Positions 46,699-55,673 of a DNA stretch of 64,000 nt are shown piece after piece; positions within the stretch are counted from its first letter, which is position 1; each line of letters starts with the position of its first letter. This DNA comes from an uncultured Candidatus Saccharibacteria bacterium (GTDB lineage: Bacteria > Patescibacteriota > Minisyncoccia > Phycocordibacterales > Zambryskibacteraceae), in NCBI GenBank assembly GCA_964357635.1, contig CAYHLZ010000002.1, forward strand, positions 513 through 64,512, written 5' to 3'. Made by a program: the position numbers and the translations under genes. The notes under the pieces are model-generated. The model was not told the DNA's origin and searched no databases. It saw only the letters and a list, made by a program, of their open reading frames with translations.

Positions 46699-46760
46699 GT
46701 ATAGCGGTAGTATTTGCCCATGGGGTGGGTAAGGCCCGGGTTCAATTCCCGGCAGCCCGA
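46690..46760 (+). tRNA. tRNA-Pro(GGG)
   Basis: CGGGCTG/CAGCCCG acceptor, TGCCC-ATGGGGT-GGGTA. Confidence 0.9.
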
Positions 46761-46769
46761 AAGTAAGTT

Positions 46770-46843
46770 GCGGGATTAGTTTAGTGGTAAAACGACAGTT
46801 TTCCAAACTGTAGTTGGGAGTTCGATTCCCCCATCCCGCACCA
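46770..46843 (+). tRNA. tRNA-Gly(TCC), CCA encoded
   Basis: GCGGGAT/ATCCCGC acceptor, ACAGT-TTTCCAA-ACTGT. Confidence 0.92.
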
Positions 46844-46862
46844 GAGTGCGGTCTAAAATTAT

Positions 46863-47447
46863 CTAAATATATTTAAGTATTCCAGCTTTTTTCATTTCCT
46901 CTAGGGCTAAGTTAAACAGTTTTACAATCTTTTTCTCACGATAGTGAACCATAAGTATAAAAATGGTATTAGCTGGTATCAGGTTGAGACCAGGTATAAG
47001 TTCAATACACATAGCTAATGCATATCTAATCCACAGATATCTTATGATTTTTTTCTTCCACCAACCACCACTTGATTTACTAAAACACCACATAAACAGG
47101 GCAAGTGCCAAGACTAGTCCCACAATATAAACAAAAATCCAAACAATAATTCCAATAATCGTAAGAGCAAGGGCGGTTCCCACCCAGTCCAAAGTATCCT
47201 TAGCCATGGCCACCACAAGTATCATAAACGGGAAGTCGGAGTGTTGAGGAGGATCTTCAACCAAACGCTTCGCATCACCATCCTCAAACGTCTCACCTTC
47301 TTTACGAAATATTTTTCTCGATTTTTCCATAACATCACCCACAGCCCTTTCAATTTCGCGCGCCCCTTTCTCTAAGGCAATGCGACTTATACGCTGTGCT
47401 TGTTCCAGCTCTTTTTGTTCTAATAATCGTTCGGCTTCTTCATTCAT
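46863..47447 (-). CDS. Hypothetical membrane protein
   Basis: Charged N-terminus, 2-3 TM segments, IELIPGLNLIP. Confidence 0.65.
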   Translation of the reverse strand: MNEEAERLLEQKELEQAQRISRIALEKGAREIERAVGDVMEKSRKIFRKEGETFEDGDAKRLVEDPPQHSDFPFMILVVAMAKDTLDWVGTALALTIIGIIVWIFVYIVGLVLALALFMWCFSKSSGGWWKKKIIRYLWIRYALAMCIELIPGLNLIPANTIFILMVHYREKKIVKLFNLALEEMKKAGILKYI

Positions 47448-47450
47448 AAA

Positions 47451-48212
47451 TTAAGGCTTATCCTCGGTCACTCTGTCAGTTTTCTTGCCGAGCAAAAGGT
47501 GAGAAACTGCTGTGCCAATAATGTGAATTAAGAATCCAAGGAGAATAAAGCTAACAAACCTAGCAACCATAAAAATGATTATACCTGCATATGTTTGAGG
47601 CATGGTGGTAGAGATAGAGCCACCCAAGAGTGCCTCCAGAATCCAGAGCATGCTTAAGGGAATGTTTTCAAAATTTGGATGTCCGTGTTCAAAGACATAT
47701 ACAAGCGTTCCAAGTGTCGTGATGGTGAAAATGAGTGCAGAAAAATAAATTTGGATATTTAAGCGGAGGATGGCAGACTTATCTTCTGCTGACTGTCTTT
47801 CTAAGTGTTCAAAGCGAACTACTTTAGCCAAGCGTATCATTCTCAAGAAACGAAGTATTCGCAGAGCCCTTATTGATTTGAAGAATGATAGGTTTGAAAT
47901 ACCTAATAAAGTCGGAAGTATTGATATTAAATCCACCAACCCAAAGAAACTGAAAATGTATGAAAGTTTTTTATGACTACCAATGATTCGGCAAATGTAT
48001 TCAATAGAGAAAATAAAAACAGCCGTATACTCAATGACCAAGAAATATTGATTATAGTGAGAAAATTTGGATACAGACTCAAAGATGATTGCCAGAATTG
48101 AAATAACTATAACAATAGATAGAAAATCATTAACTCTAAGAAAAAATTTTGAGTTTGTTTCATAAAATGCTTTTTGGCAAAAGAGAGTTATAGGGTTAGA
48201 GAGCGCTTTCAT
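47451..48212 (-). CDS. Ion transporter, voltage-gated-channel-like (6TM)
   Basis: IFSIEYICRI, LVDLISILP, S4 KSIRALRILRFLRMIRLAKVVR, FENIPLSMLW pore helix. Confidence 0.82.
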   Translation of the reverse strand: MKALSNPITLFCQKAFYETNSKFFLRVNDFLSIVIVISILAIIFESVSKFSHYNQYFLVIEYTAVFIFSIEYICRIIGSHKKLSYIFSFFGLVDLISILPTLLGISNLSFFKSIRALRILRFLRMIRLAKVVRFEHLERQSAEDKSAILRLNIQIYFSALIFTITTLGTLVYVFEHGHPNFENIPLSMLWILEALLGGSISTTMPQTYAGIIIFMVARFVSFILLGFLIHIIGTAVSHLLLGKKTDRVTEDKP

Positions 48213-48244
48213 GTAAGTTTTATTATACCAAGAATTTTTAGGCT

Positions 48245-48649
48245 CTAAATAATAATATTTTCGATTATTTCCGCTCTCGCTTGCCTATTTTTCTGGTCAA
48301 TTTTTACCGTTATAAGATCAAGTTGCCAGTCTTGGTCCAGTTTTTTCTCCAACAAATATGTCTGGATAACTCTGGAGAGTCGTTTCAATTTCCACGGATG
48401 CATGTTGTCTTCTGGTCTAAATCCTCCATCTGTTCCATGGGAAACATTGCCAAAAGTTACACACGAAACGCTTTTTACCTCTATAAAGTGAATAATATTA
48501 GACTTTGTGGCGACAATATCTATCTCGCCCCACTTTCTAAGATAGTTTCTCTCTTTAACTTCAAATCCCCTTTTCTTTAGAAAATCACAGGCAACATTCT
48601 CTCCGATATCTCCCAATTTTCTCTTTTCCGTTCTATTATCAGCTTTCAT
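48245..48649 (-). CDS. yraN: YraN-family nuclease
   Basis: GENVACDFL...G..ERNY..WGEIDIVA..FIEVK, W..DLITV. Confidence 0.9.
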   Translation of the reverse strand: MKADNRTEKRKLGDIGENVACDFLKKRGFEVKERNYLRKWGEIDIVATKSNIIHFIEVKSVSCVTFGNVSHGTDGGFRPEDNMHPWKLKRLSRVIQTYLLEKKLDQDWQLDLITVKIDQKNRQARAEIIENIII

Positions 48650-48681
48650 TACAATATATTAAATAAGTTTCATATGAAACG
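48431..48681. other. Cluster of parS-like sites
   Basis: TGTTCCATGGGAAACA (48431-46), AGTTACACACGAAACG (48455-70), AGTTTCATATGAAACG (48666-81) versus consensus TGTTNCACGTGAAACA; a fourth, TATGTCACGTGAAACT, at 49713-28. Confidence 0.7.
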
Positions 48682-48881
48682 TATAAGAGTATGAAATGGC
48701 TATAATTAAGGACATTTAAGTATTATGCCCTTTAAATATATGTCTTTTAATACCCACTTTCCACATAATTATCCACAGATTACCTAATTTATGGTCTAAT
48801 CGTCTTTAAAATAAAGACTTTTTTACTTTTGGCCATATTTGTTTGATAATCAATAAAAGACTTTTTCTAAGACATTGAAAC

Positions 48882-49120
48882 AAAAAACCGCCACGGGTTT
48901 CCGCAGCGGTTTCCCCGCCGAAGCGGAGTGAAAGATCATTCCAGAGAAGAGGTCGGGCTTACAGAATGCACGAGACCAAAAATAAAAAAAGTTGGGGGTT
49001 CGTCATCCTTATCCGAACCACTAAACCAGAATCATCTTCCGGTAGTTGGAACGGCCTCCCATGAACTATACTCGAACTCAAATCTCAATTAGAGAACCAA
49101 GAATATCTGTCCGAGCGTCT
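48882..49120 (-). ncRNA. Candidate ~240-nt structured RNA of unknown class
   Basis: TTCTAA-17-TACAAT promoter (TACAAT 49132-49127), several predicted helices, terminator ACCGCTGCGG-AAA-CCCGTGGCGGT-TTTTT; longest ATG-started ORFs seen are 13 and 15 aa. Confidence 0.45.
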
Positions 49121-49196
49121 GCAAGTATTGTACTTTATAAAGGACAAATTTAGAAGTTGAAATCTGGGGATAAGAGTGTCCTTTTGTTTTATGGCT

Positions 49197-49967
49197 CTAT
49201 TTAAGGGTTAATTTGATGGGGCAATGATCAGAGCCCAAAATATTGTCAAGTATTTCTATAGATTTAACTTTACTTAATATTTCTTTTGAAGAGAAAAAAT
49301 AATCAATTCTCCAACCAACATTTCTTTCACGAGCAAAAGTTTTCATGTCCCAATAAGTATAAACCCCTGCTTTTTCAGGGTAAAAATGTCTGAAAATGTC
49401 TATCCAGCCATAAGAGACAAGTTTATCCATCCACGCCCTCTCTATGGGCAAGAAACCGACATGAGTCTCATTTTCCTTTGGTCTAGCTAGGTCTATTGGT
49501 TTGTGGGCCACATTTATATCTCCGCAAAGGATTATATTGGAATGTTTCGTGTGTAACTTATTTATGAATTCTAGGAAGTAATCATAGAAATCAAGCTTGT
49601 ATCGCAACCTTTCTGGCGCACCACCACCATTCGGAAAATAGCCATTTATAAGGATAAAATCCTTATATTCAGCCATAATTAGGCGTCCTTCTTTATCAAG
49701 CCTATCTATTCCTATGTCACGTGAAACTTTTATAGGTTTCTCCTTAGAGTATATGGCTACACCACTATAACCCTTTTTTTCTGTGGGGAAGTGAAAATAG
49801 GCGTGATATCCGTCTGGAGCGCTTAATTCAGGAGGAAGTTGGCCGGGAAGTGACTTTGTCTCTTGAAGACAGAGAAGGTCTGGTTTCATGTCAAACACTT
49901 CTTTGATGTTTCCCTTGCGGTGTGCGGCTCTAAGTCCATTGACGTTCCAAGAAATGATGGTTTTCAT
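49197..49967 (-). CDS. xth: Exodeoxyribonuclease III / AP endonuclease
   Basis: SWNVNGLRA, LCLQETK, GYSGVA, GDINVAH, GWRIDYF, SDHCPI. Confidence 0.96.
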   Translation of the reverse strand: MKTIISWNVNGLRAAHRKGNIKEVFDMKPDLLCLQETKSLPGQLPPELSAPDGYHAYFHFPTEKKGYSGVAIYSKEKPIKVSRDIGIDRLDKEGRLIMAEYKDFILINGYFPNGGGAPERLRYKLDFYDYFLEFINKLHTKHSNIILCGDINVAHKPIDLARPKENETHVGFLPIERAWMDKLVSYGWIDIFRHFYPEKAGVYTYWDMKTFARERNVGWRIDYFFSSKEILSKVKSIEILDNILGSDHCPIKLTLK

Positions 49968-50062
49968 GTATTTTCTAATTCTAATCTATGCTGTGGGGAT
50001 AACAAGTTTGCGATTATTCAATTTTGCTTTAGAATCTCAGGTATAAGCATCCTCTTAAATTA

Positions 50063-51187
50063 ATGGCAATTGTAAACATAAAGGGGGTTATTAAAATACT
50101 TGGTATCGGACTTGTCTCTCTTTGCTTTTTTCCTTCAATAAGTTATGCAGATTTTAATTGGGTTCAGGTTGGCTCCAATAGTGGTAACGGATTTGGGGAA
50201 TGTGTTTCTGAAAATATATCATGTGATTTTGGTGTCCCAATAGCCTCTTGTCTTCACAGTAACAACATAAGTCCTACATACACCACAACGCATGCGTGTG
50301 ATGCTGCGAATTTTGGTAATTATATAACCGAGGCGAATGGCACTCTTTGTTTCCCCGGCGAAGACACAGGATCGTGGGGCGAGGAATATTATGAATGTCA
50401 GTGGATTGGACCTGTGACTTTGAATGTTTCCATAAATTCTGGGCAGGGGACAATTTCCGCACCCGGCATTAGCTGTCCAGGGGACTGTAGTCAGAATTTT
50501 ACATACGGAGATTGGGTGACAATTCTCGCGACACCAAATAGCGCTGGCGGTTTTAGTTTTGGTTCTTGGAGTGGAGCATGTCTCGGACAAACATCAAGTT
50601 GTTCTATACAAATGAATGGTAGTCAAAACACAAGTGTTAGTTTTAATGCGCCGTCGGCGCCAACTGTTAGTTTAAACGCAAGTCCCAATCCAGTTGTTTA
50701 CAACACCGCAAGTTCTCTTTCTTGGTCCTCCACCAACGCAACATCTTGCACAGCCTCTGGGGGTTGGAATGGTCCTAAGGCTCTTAGTGGAACTCAATCA
50801 ACCGGCAACTTAACTTCTAACCAAACCTACACTCTTGACTGTATCGGTCCAGGGGGTTCTGCCAATCGTTCTGTAACAGTGGCAGTTTCGCCGAGTAGCG
50901 CAATGTCTGTATCTTGTGTCGGTAGTCCTTCTGTTGCATTACTCGGACAAAACATAACTTGGACTGCCAGCGTAGATTCTGGTGGTGTGCCACCCTTCAC
51001 TTACTCATGGAGTGGGACAAATATTCCCACAAGCCCTGCACCTACGACTAACCCGTATGTAAAAAGCTACAGCACTATTGGAGAAAAAACTGCTACCGTC
51101 ACAGTGACGGGAGGGAATTCGGCCGAAGCCACTTGTTCTCCCGCAAGAGTTCAGATTAATTTTGACCCGGACTTTGAAGAATTTTAA
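50063..51187 (+). CDS. Secreted Cys-rich surface protein (B-repeat-like, Ig-like, PKD-like modules; ends FDPDFEEF)
   Basis: Signal peptide; GISCPGDCSQ..F.SWSGAC; STNATSCTASGGW; GGVPPFTYSWSG. Confidence 0.75.
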   Translation: MAIVNIKGVIKILGIGLVSLCFFPSISYADFNWVQVGSNSGNGFGECVSENISCDFGVPIASCLHSNNISPTYTTTHACDAANFGNYITEANGTLCFPGEDTGSWGEEYYECQWIGPVTLNVSINSGQGTISAPGISCPGDCSQNFTYGDWVTILATPNSAGGFSFGSWSGACLGQTSSCSIQMNGSQNTSVSFNAPSAPTVSLNASPNPVVYNTASSLSWSSTNATSCTASGGWNGPKALSGTQSTGNLTSNQTYTLDCIGPGGSANRSVTVAVSPSSAMSVSCVGSPSVALLGQNITWTASVDSGGVPPFTYSWSGTNIPTSPAPTTNPYVKSYSTIGEKTATVTVTGGNSAEATCSPARVQINFDPDFEEF

Positions 51188-51199
51188 TAATCTAAAAAT

Positions 51200-53245
51200 A
51201 TGACAGATACACTACAAATAAATTGGAAGGTAAAAATAATTTTTCTTGCTATCCTTGTGACCTTGGGTTTATTTTCTCTAACAAACACTTCTTTTGCCGG
51301 AACATGGGGAGCTCCAGTACAGCACCCAAGCTATCCCACATCTGGAGCACAATGCGAACCGTTCCCCATCGGTCCGGGAAGTCCGTTTACAACAAATAGT
51401 TCGTGTATGACTGGAGCTGTACATGACTACGGCACAGTAAGCAATAGCACAACTCAGTGCGGCGGTTTTTCTAGTGAACCTGCGCAAGTTATGGCGAATA
51501 ACTCCATAAAGCGACAAACGTGTAATCCGTCTCCAAACAATCCGCCTAATGCCAATGCCGGTATTGACCGCTCAGTCACTCAACCAGCTAGCTCTGTTGT
51601 AATAAGCGGCGCATCAGCGAGCGACCCAGATGGCGGTGTCTCCTCTACAGTTTGGTCTTTTACAGGCGGGCCCGGACCGAACCCAAGCATAACAAACAGC
51701 ACAACTCTCACCCCCACCTTCTCAAACATGACTATGGATGGCGTCTACACTTTCCGTTTGCGGGTTACAGACACGGGCGGTCTGGTTACTACCGACACTA
51801 TGACGGTCACAGTAAACTTGGCAGTTACACAATGTAATGATGCCCAAGAAAATGACTCCCCAACTGATAATCGTACAGACTCAGGAGACTGGGGCTGTCA
51901 CTCAGATGGCGATGCTACAAACAGCTTCACCTATGTTCCCACGGACAACAGTGAAAGCAATACTTACTGCCTTTCTCCAGGGTGGGATACTCCGAGCGAT
52001 TCAGCTTACGATGGAGACATAGACGGGCCAGCTGCTAATTATTGGTGTAGCAACCAAGCTCCTGGTGGACCATGTCCCTCTAATTTGTCCGGCGGACCAA
52101 CTTCAGTGAGTGCAAAGGGGAGCGCCACAGTATGTTGTTATGTGGACTCAGTTGACTCTTATACTGGATATCTAAGACAGTGTGCCGGCTCATCACCTAC
52201 ACCAACCCCCGCTATTTGTGGGTCAGATAATGGGCAAACAATTTCCTCAGAACCAGTTGGTGGATCGTCAGCCTGTTACAGTGGAACTTATGTAAATAGC
52301 CCCGCAGATAATTCGACCACATGGAACTGGACTTGCGATGGTTTAAATAACGGCACCGACGCACCCTGTTCAGCAACCAAACTTACATACACTCTTACTA
52401 CTGCAGTTAGCCCTGGCGGTTCTGCTGGAACTGTTTCTGCACCAGGTATAACTTGTGGGGCAGATTGTAGTGAAGTTTTTACAGCTGGCGCCCAACCGAC
52501 GCTTATGGCAACGCCGACGGATCCTGGCTACGACTTTGTCAATTGGACTGGTGGGGATTGCGACGGACTTACCACAACCTCATGTCTAGTCACCTTGAAC
52601 AGTAATCAAAGCATAACTGCTAACTTTGTTCCAGAACCCCCAGCATTTGATTACAGTCTTACGCCCAACACTCAAGTAAATACAACTCAAAATTCGACCG
52701 CCCAGAAGGTTGTGAGCAAAAATCTTATTTCTGGCTCTGGATCAGTTACTTTATCTGTCGGAGCCCTACCTACAGGAGTTTCTGTCTCTGGTATATCTGG
52801 CCAAGGCGCACCTCTTCCTAACTCCTCAACCATAACTTTTAGTATCTCCCCAACCGCCACAGTTGGGAATCACCCGATAACCATCACCGGGAATCCACTA
52901 AACAAACAACTAACCTTCAATCTGAATATTTCTCCCAGCACCAGTCTTTCAGTCTCGTGCTCTGGAAATCCTCCAACAGCGTTACTTGGTCAGAACGTAA
53001 CTTGGACAGCTGTTCCAAGTGGAGGTACTCCGCCGTACTTCTACTCTTGGAGTGGCGATAATATTCCGACGAGCCCTGCTCCCACCGGTAGCACTTATGT
53101 AAAAAGTTACAGCACTGTTGGTTTAAAGAGAGCCAATGTTACGGCCACTGATAGCAGCCTTCCTACTGCCCAAACAACCCCATCCTGCGCTCCGGCCGCC
53201 GCAGAGGTACAGATTAACTTTGACCCCTCATTTGAGGAATTTTAA
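51200..53245 (+). CDS. Large secreted multi-module surface protein (ends FDPSFEEF)
   Basis: Signal peptide; PNANAG..SDPDG PKD/REJ-like module; QCND..END..D..DWGC; CG...TWNWTC..C; B-repeat-like module; C-terminal PKD-like module. Confidence 0.75.
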   Translation: MTDTLQINWKVKIIFLAILVTLGLFSLTNTSFAGTWGAPVQHPSYPTSGAQCEPFPIGPGSPFTTNSSCMTGAVHDYGTVSNSTTQCGGFSSEPAQVMANNSIKRQTCNPSPNNPPNANAGIDRSVTQPASSVVISGASASDPDGGVSSTVWSFTGGPGPNPSITNSTTLTPTFSNMTMDGVYTFRLRVTDTGGLVTTDTMTVTVNLAVTQCNDAQENDSPTDNRTDSGDWGCHSDGDATNSFTYVPTDNSESNTYCLSPGWDTPSDSAYDGDIDGPAANYWCSNQAPGGPCPSNLSGGPTSVSAKGSATVCCYVDSVDSYTGYLRQCAGSSPTPTPAICGSDNGQTISSEPVGGSSACYSGTYVNSPADNSTTWNWTCDGLNNGTDAPCSATKLTYTLTTAVSPGGSAGTVSAPGITCGADCSEVFTAGAQPTLMATPTDPGYDFVNWTGGDCDGLTTTSCLVTLNSNQSITANFVPEPPAFDYSLTPNTQVNTTQNSTAQKVVSKNLISGSGSVTLSVGALPTGVSVSGISGQGAPLPNSSTITFSISPTATVGNHPITITGNPLNKQLTFNLNISPSTSLSVSCSGNPPTALLGQNVTWTAVPSGGTPPYFYSWSGDNIPTSPAPTGSTYVKSYSTVGLKRANVTATDSSLPTAQTTPSCAPAAAEVQINFDPSFEEF

Positions 53246-53272
53246 TCTGCCTTGTTATATAATTAAACCACT

Positions 53273-53812
53273 ATGCCACCAACACAAACACAAAACCCAA
53301 CACCAGTACAAGGACAAACACCAAACAAAAAAACCTTTTTGGCGATACTTGTTATTATGGCGCTTCTCGCCCTAGGATATTTCTTGTCTCAAAAGTATTC
53401 TCTAGACAAAGGCCCAACTTCGCCAGAGGAGACCAATGAAGCCCTTCCCATGGAAGTGGTCGTGGAACACACACAAGCAGTCAACGGAGTACTGCCCACA
53501 CCAAAAGATTTCCCCAAAGACATACCAGTTGAGAAATTTGACATCACAGAAAGCGCGACAACGGTCTACCCAAGCATAGGTGCCAAGCAGTTAAATATTA
53601 GTTATCAAAGCAACAAGTCATTAGATGTTAAATATAAAGAATATAAAGACTACATGACCAAAGCAGGCTACACTCTCTCTGAAGGCGGTACCGGCGCTAA
53701 CCTAAAAGCTATCTTTGGTACCAAAGAAAAAGAGAATTTGTCTGTAGTTGTAAGCTCTGCGGGGGGTGGTTCTCTTGTTCAGGTTGCTTATCTTCTGAAA
53801 TCTAGCAAATAG
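53273..53812 (+). CDS. Hypothetical membrane-anchored protein
   Basis: One TM, then PKDFPKDIP. Confidence 0.6.
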   Translation: MPPTQTQNPTPVQGQTPNKKTFLAILVIMALLALGYFLSQKYSLDKGPTSPEETNEALPMEVVVEHTQAVNGVLPTPKDFPKDIPVEKFDITESATTVYPSIGAKQLNISYQSNKSLDVKYKEYKDYMTKAGYTLSEGGTGANLKAIFGTKEKENLSVVVSSAGGGSLVQVAYLLKSSK

Positions 53813-53836
53813 CCCAAGCGTGCCCACTTGTTTTGT

Positions 53837-53884
53837 CATGGTTCGACGTCGCTCACCATGACCCTGAGTATGTCGAACGGGTCA
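53837..53884. repeat. Paired REP-like hairpins (TTCGA-N-GCTCA family)
   Basis: CATGGT-TCGACGTCGCTC-ACCATG and TGACCC-TGAGTATGTCGAAC-GGGTCA in inverted arrangement. Confidence 0.65.
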
Positions 53885-53909
53885 TTCTCGTGATAAAATA
53901 AAGTGAAGT

Positions 53910-55664
53910 ATGCATATTGACGAATCTAAGCTTGAGAGTTTTATGGTTGACTCTGGACTTGTCTCCAAGAAGGAGATTGAGCTTGCCAGAAGTGAGGCTA
54001 AGAAGAAAGACGTAAGTATCGGAACAGTACTTGTAAACAAAGGGTCACTGACAGAAGATGATCTTCGTCGGATGCAAGCCTACATTCTTGGCATTCCTTT
54101 TGTTGACCTAAAGAATCAGAAATTGGATTTCTCCGTGCTTTCTTTGATACCTGAACCAATTGCGAGAAATCACAATATTGTCGCCTTTAAAAAGATTAAT
54201 GACCACCTTGAAGTGGCGATGCTTGATACCGAGGACCTGACTGCCATAGATTTCGTTAAGAAAAAGGTCGGATTAAGGATTTTGCCGCGCCTGACAGATG
54301 ACGAGTCTATGAAGTGGGCACTCCTTTCTTATCAAAAAACTCTTAAGGCAGAATTTGGAGATATTATTCAAAAAGAAGCGGGCTCACTTACAGCTCTAAG
54401 TGACGGGACAGGTGACGAAGATCTTGCCGAAGGAGATTTGAAAAAACTAGCAACCGATATCCCCGTAGTTCGCATTGTTGACACTCTACTCAAGCACGCC
54501 ATCATTCAAGATGCTTCCGATATTCACATTGAACCACAGGAGGATAGAGTCTTGGTGCGGTACCGTATAGACGGCATACTGCGTGACGCCATGATTCTAC
54601 CGAAAAATACTGGTCCAGGTATCACCGCTCGTCTCAAGGTTCTCTCTAGTCTTAAACTAGACGAGAAACGTCTTCCTCAAGATGGGCGATTTAAAATTGA
54701 TGTTGAAGGAGAAAAAGTTTCTTTCAGAGTCTCAACTCTACCAACTTATTATGGAGAGAAAACTGTGATGAGGCTTCTGCGCGAGACCGTTTCTGGCTTT
54801 ACCTTAGAGAGTCTCGGGTTTCACAGTAGGGGACTTGAACAACTGCACAAGGCGCTCAAGGTTACAACGGGCATGATTCTTGCCACTGGTCCGACAGGTT
54901 CTGGTAAGACCACAACTCTCTACACCATGCTTGATATTGTTAATACTCCCAACGTTAACATCTCAACCATAGAAGACCCTGTTGAATACCAAATGACCCG
55001 CGTAAACCAAACGCAGGTGCATCCAGAGATTGGACTTACTTTTGCTAACGGTCTTAGGACCCTAGTGCGTCAAGATCCAGATATAATTATGGTCGGAGAA
55101 ATCCGAGACAACGAGACCGCAGCGCTCGCTATTAACGCTTCGCTTACTGGTCACCTTGTACTTTCAACTCTTCACACTAACTCTGCTGCAGGGGCCATAC
55201 CAAGACTTCTAGACATGAAGGTGGAGCCGTTTCTTTTGGTTTCTACCCTAGATATTGTTATTGCCCAACGTCTCATAAGGAAACTTGCTTCATCCAAGAC
55301 CAAATATTTCTTGAACAAAGAAGAGCTTGCATCCCTTGGCAACGCTGTTTCTTTAGACAGAGTTTTGGGATTTCTTAGAGAAGAAAAAATTATAGACAAA
55401 AAAGATGATTGGGACAAAATTACTTTTTGGAAACCAAATCCGGGCAAGGATTCTGAAGACGGGTACGCCAGTCGTATTGGTATACATGAAGTATTAAATG
55501 TTACTCCAACTATTAAAAGCCTGATTATGAAAGGAGCCACGGCGGGGGAGATAGAAGAACAGGCAAAATCAGAAGGCATGATGACCATGATTGAAGATGG
55601 CATTTTCAAGGCAGCACAAGGCATCACCACTATTGAAGAAGTCCTAAGAGTAGTTTCCGAATAA
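53910..55664 (+). CDS. pilB: Type IV pilus assembly ATPase PilB/GspE (copy 2)
   Basis: N-terminal N1 domain, ASDIHIEP, PQDGRF, GPTGSGKTTT, RQDPDIIMVGEIRD, STLHTN. Confidence 0.93.
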   Translation: MHIDESKLESFMVDSGLVSKKEIELARSEAKKKDVSIGTVLVNKGSLTEDDLRRMQAYILGIPFVDLKNQKLDFSVLSLIPEPIARNHNIVAFKKINDHLEVAMLDTEDLTAIDFVKKKVGLRILPRLTDDESMKWALLSYQKTLKAEFGDIIQKEAGSLTALSDGTGDEDLAEGDLKKLATDIPVVRIVDTLLKHAIIQDASDIHIEPQEDRVLVRYRIDGILRDAMILPKNTGPGITARLKVLSSLKLDEKRLPQDGRFKIDVEGEKVSFRVSTLPTYYGEKTVMRLLRETVSGFTLESLGFHSRGLEQLHKALKVTTGMILATGPTGSGKTTTLYTMLDIVNTPNVNISTIEDPVEYQMTRVNQTQVHPEIGLTFANGLRTLVRQDPDIIMVGEIRDNETAALAINASLTGHLVLSTLHTNSAAGAIPRLLDMKVEPFLLVSTLDIVIAQRLIRKLASSKTKYFLNKEELASLGNAVSLDRVLGFLREEKIIDKKDDWDKITFWKPNPGKDSEDGYASRIGIHEVLNVTPTIKSLIMKGATAGEIEEQAKSEGMMTMIEDGIFKAAQGITTIEEVLRVVSE

Positions 55665-55673
55665 TTTAAAAAC

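Noticed and set aside
46340-46760. Five TACGGGC(T/C)GTA repeats that superficially resemble a CRISPR array
   Set aside because: Three are 5' ends of real tRNA-Pro genes, spacing is irregular (73/112/88/73) and there are no cas genes in the window.
48690-48880. Alternative oriC
   Set aside because: The dnaA-dnaN spacer has the full box-GC-trio-AT module; this site lacks clear trio repeats.
48882-49120. tmRNA, RNase P RNA or SRP RNA
   Set aside because: No tRNA-like ends, no GAGGAAAGUCC, and no SRP domain IV motif.
50063-53245. Diversity-generating retroelement behind the repeated modules
   Set aside because: No reverse transcriptase in the window, no non-coding template repeat, and differences between copies are not confined to adenines.
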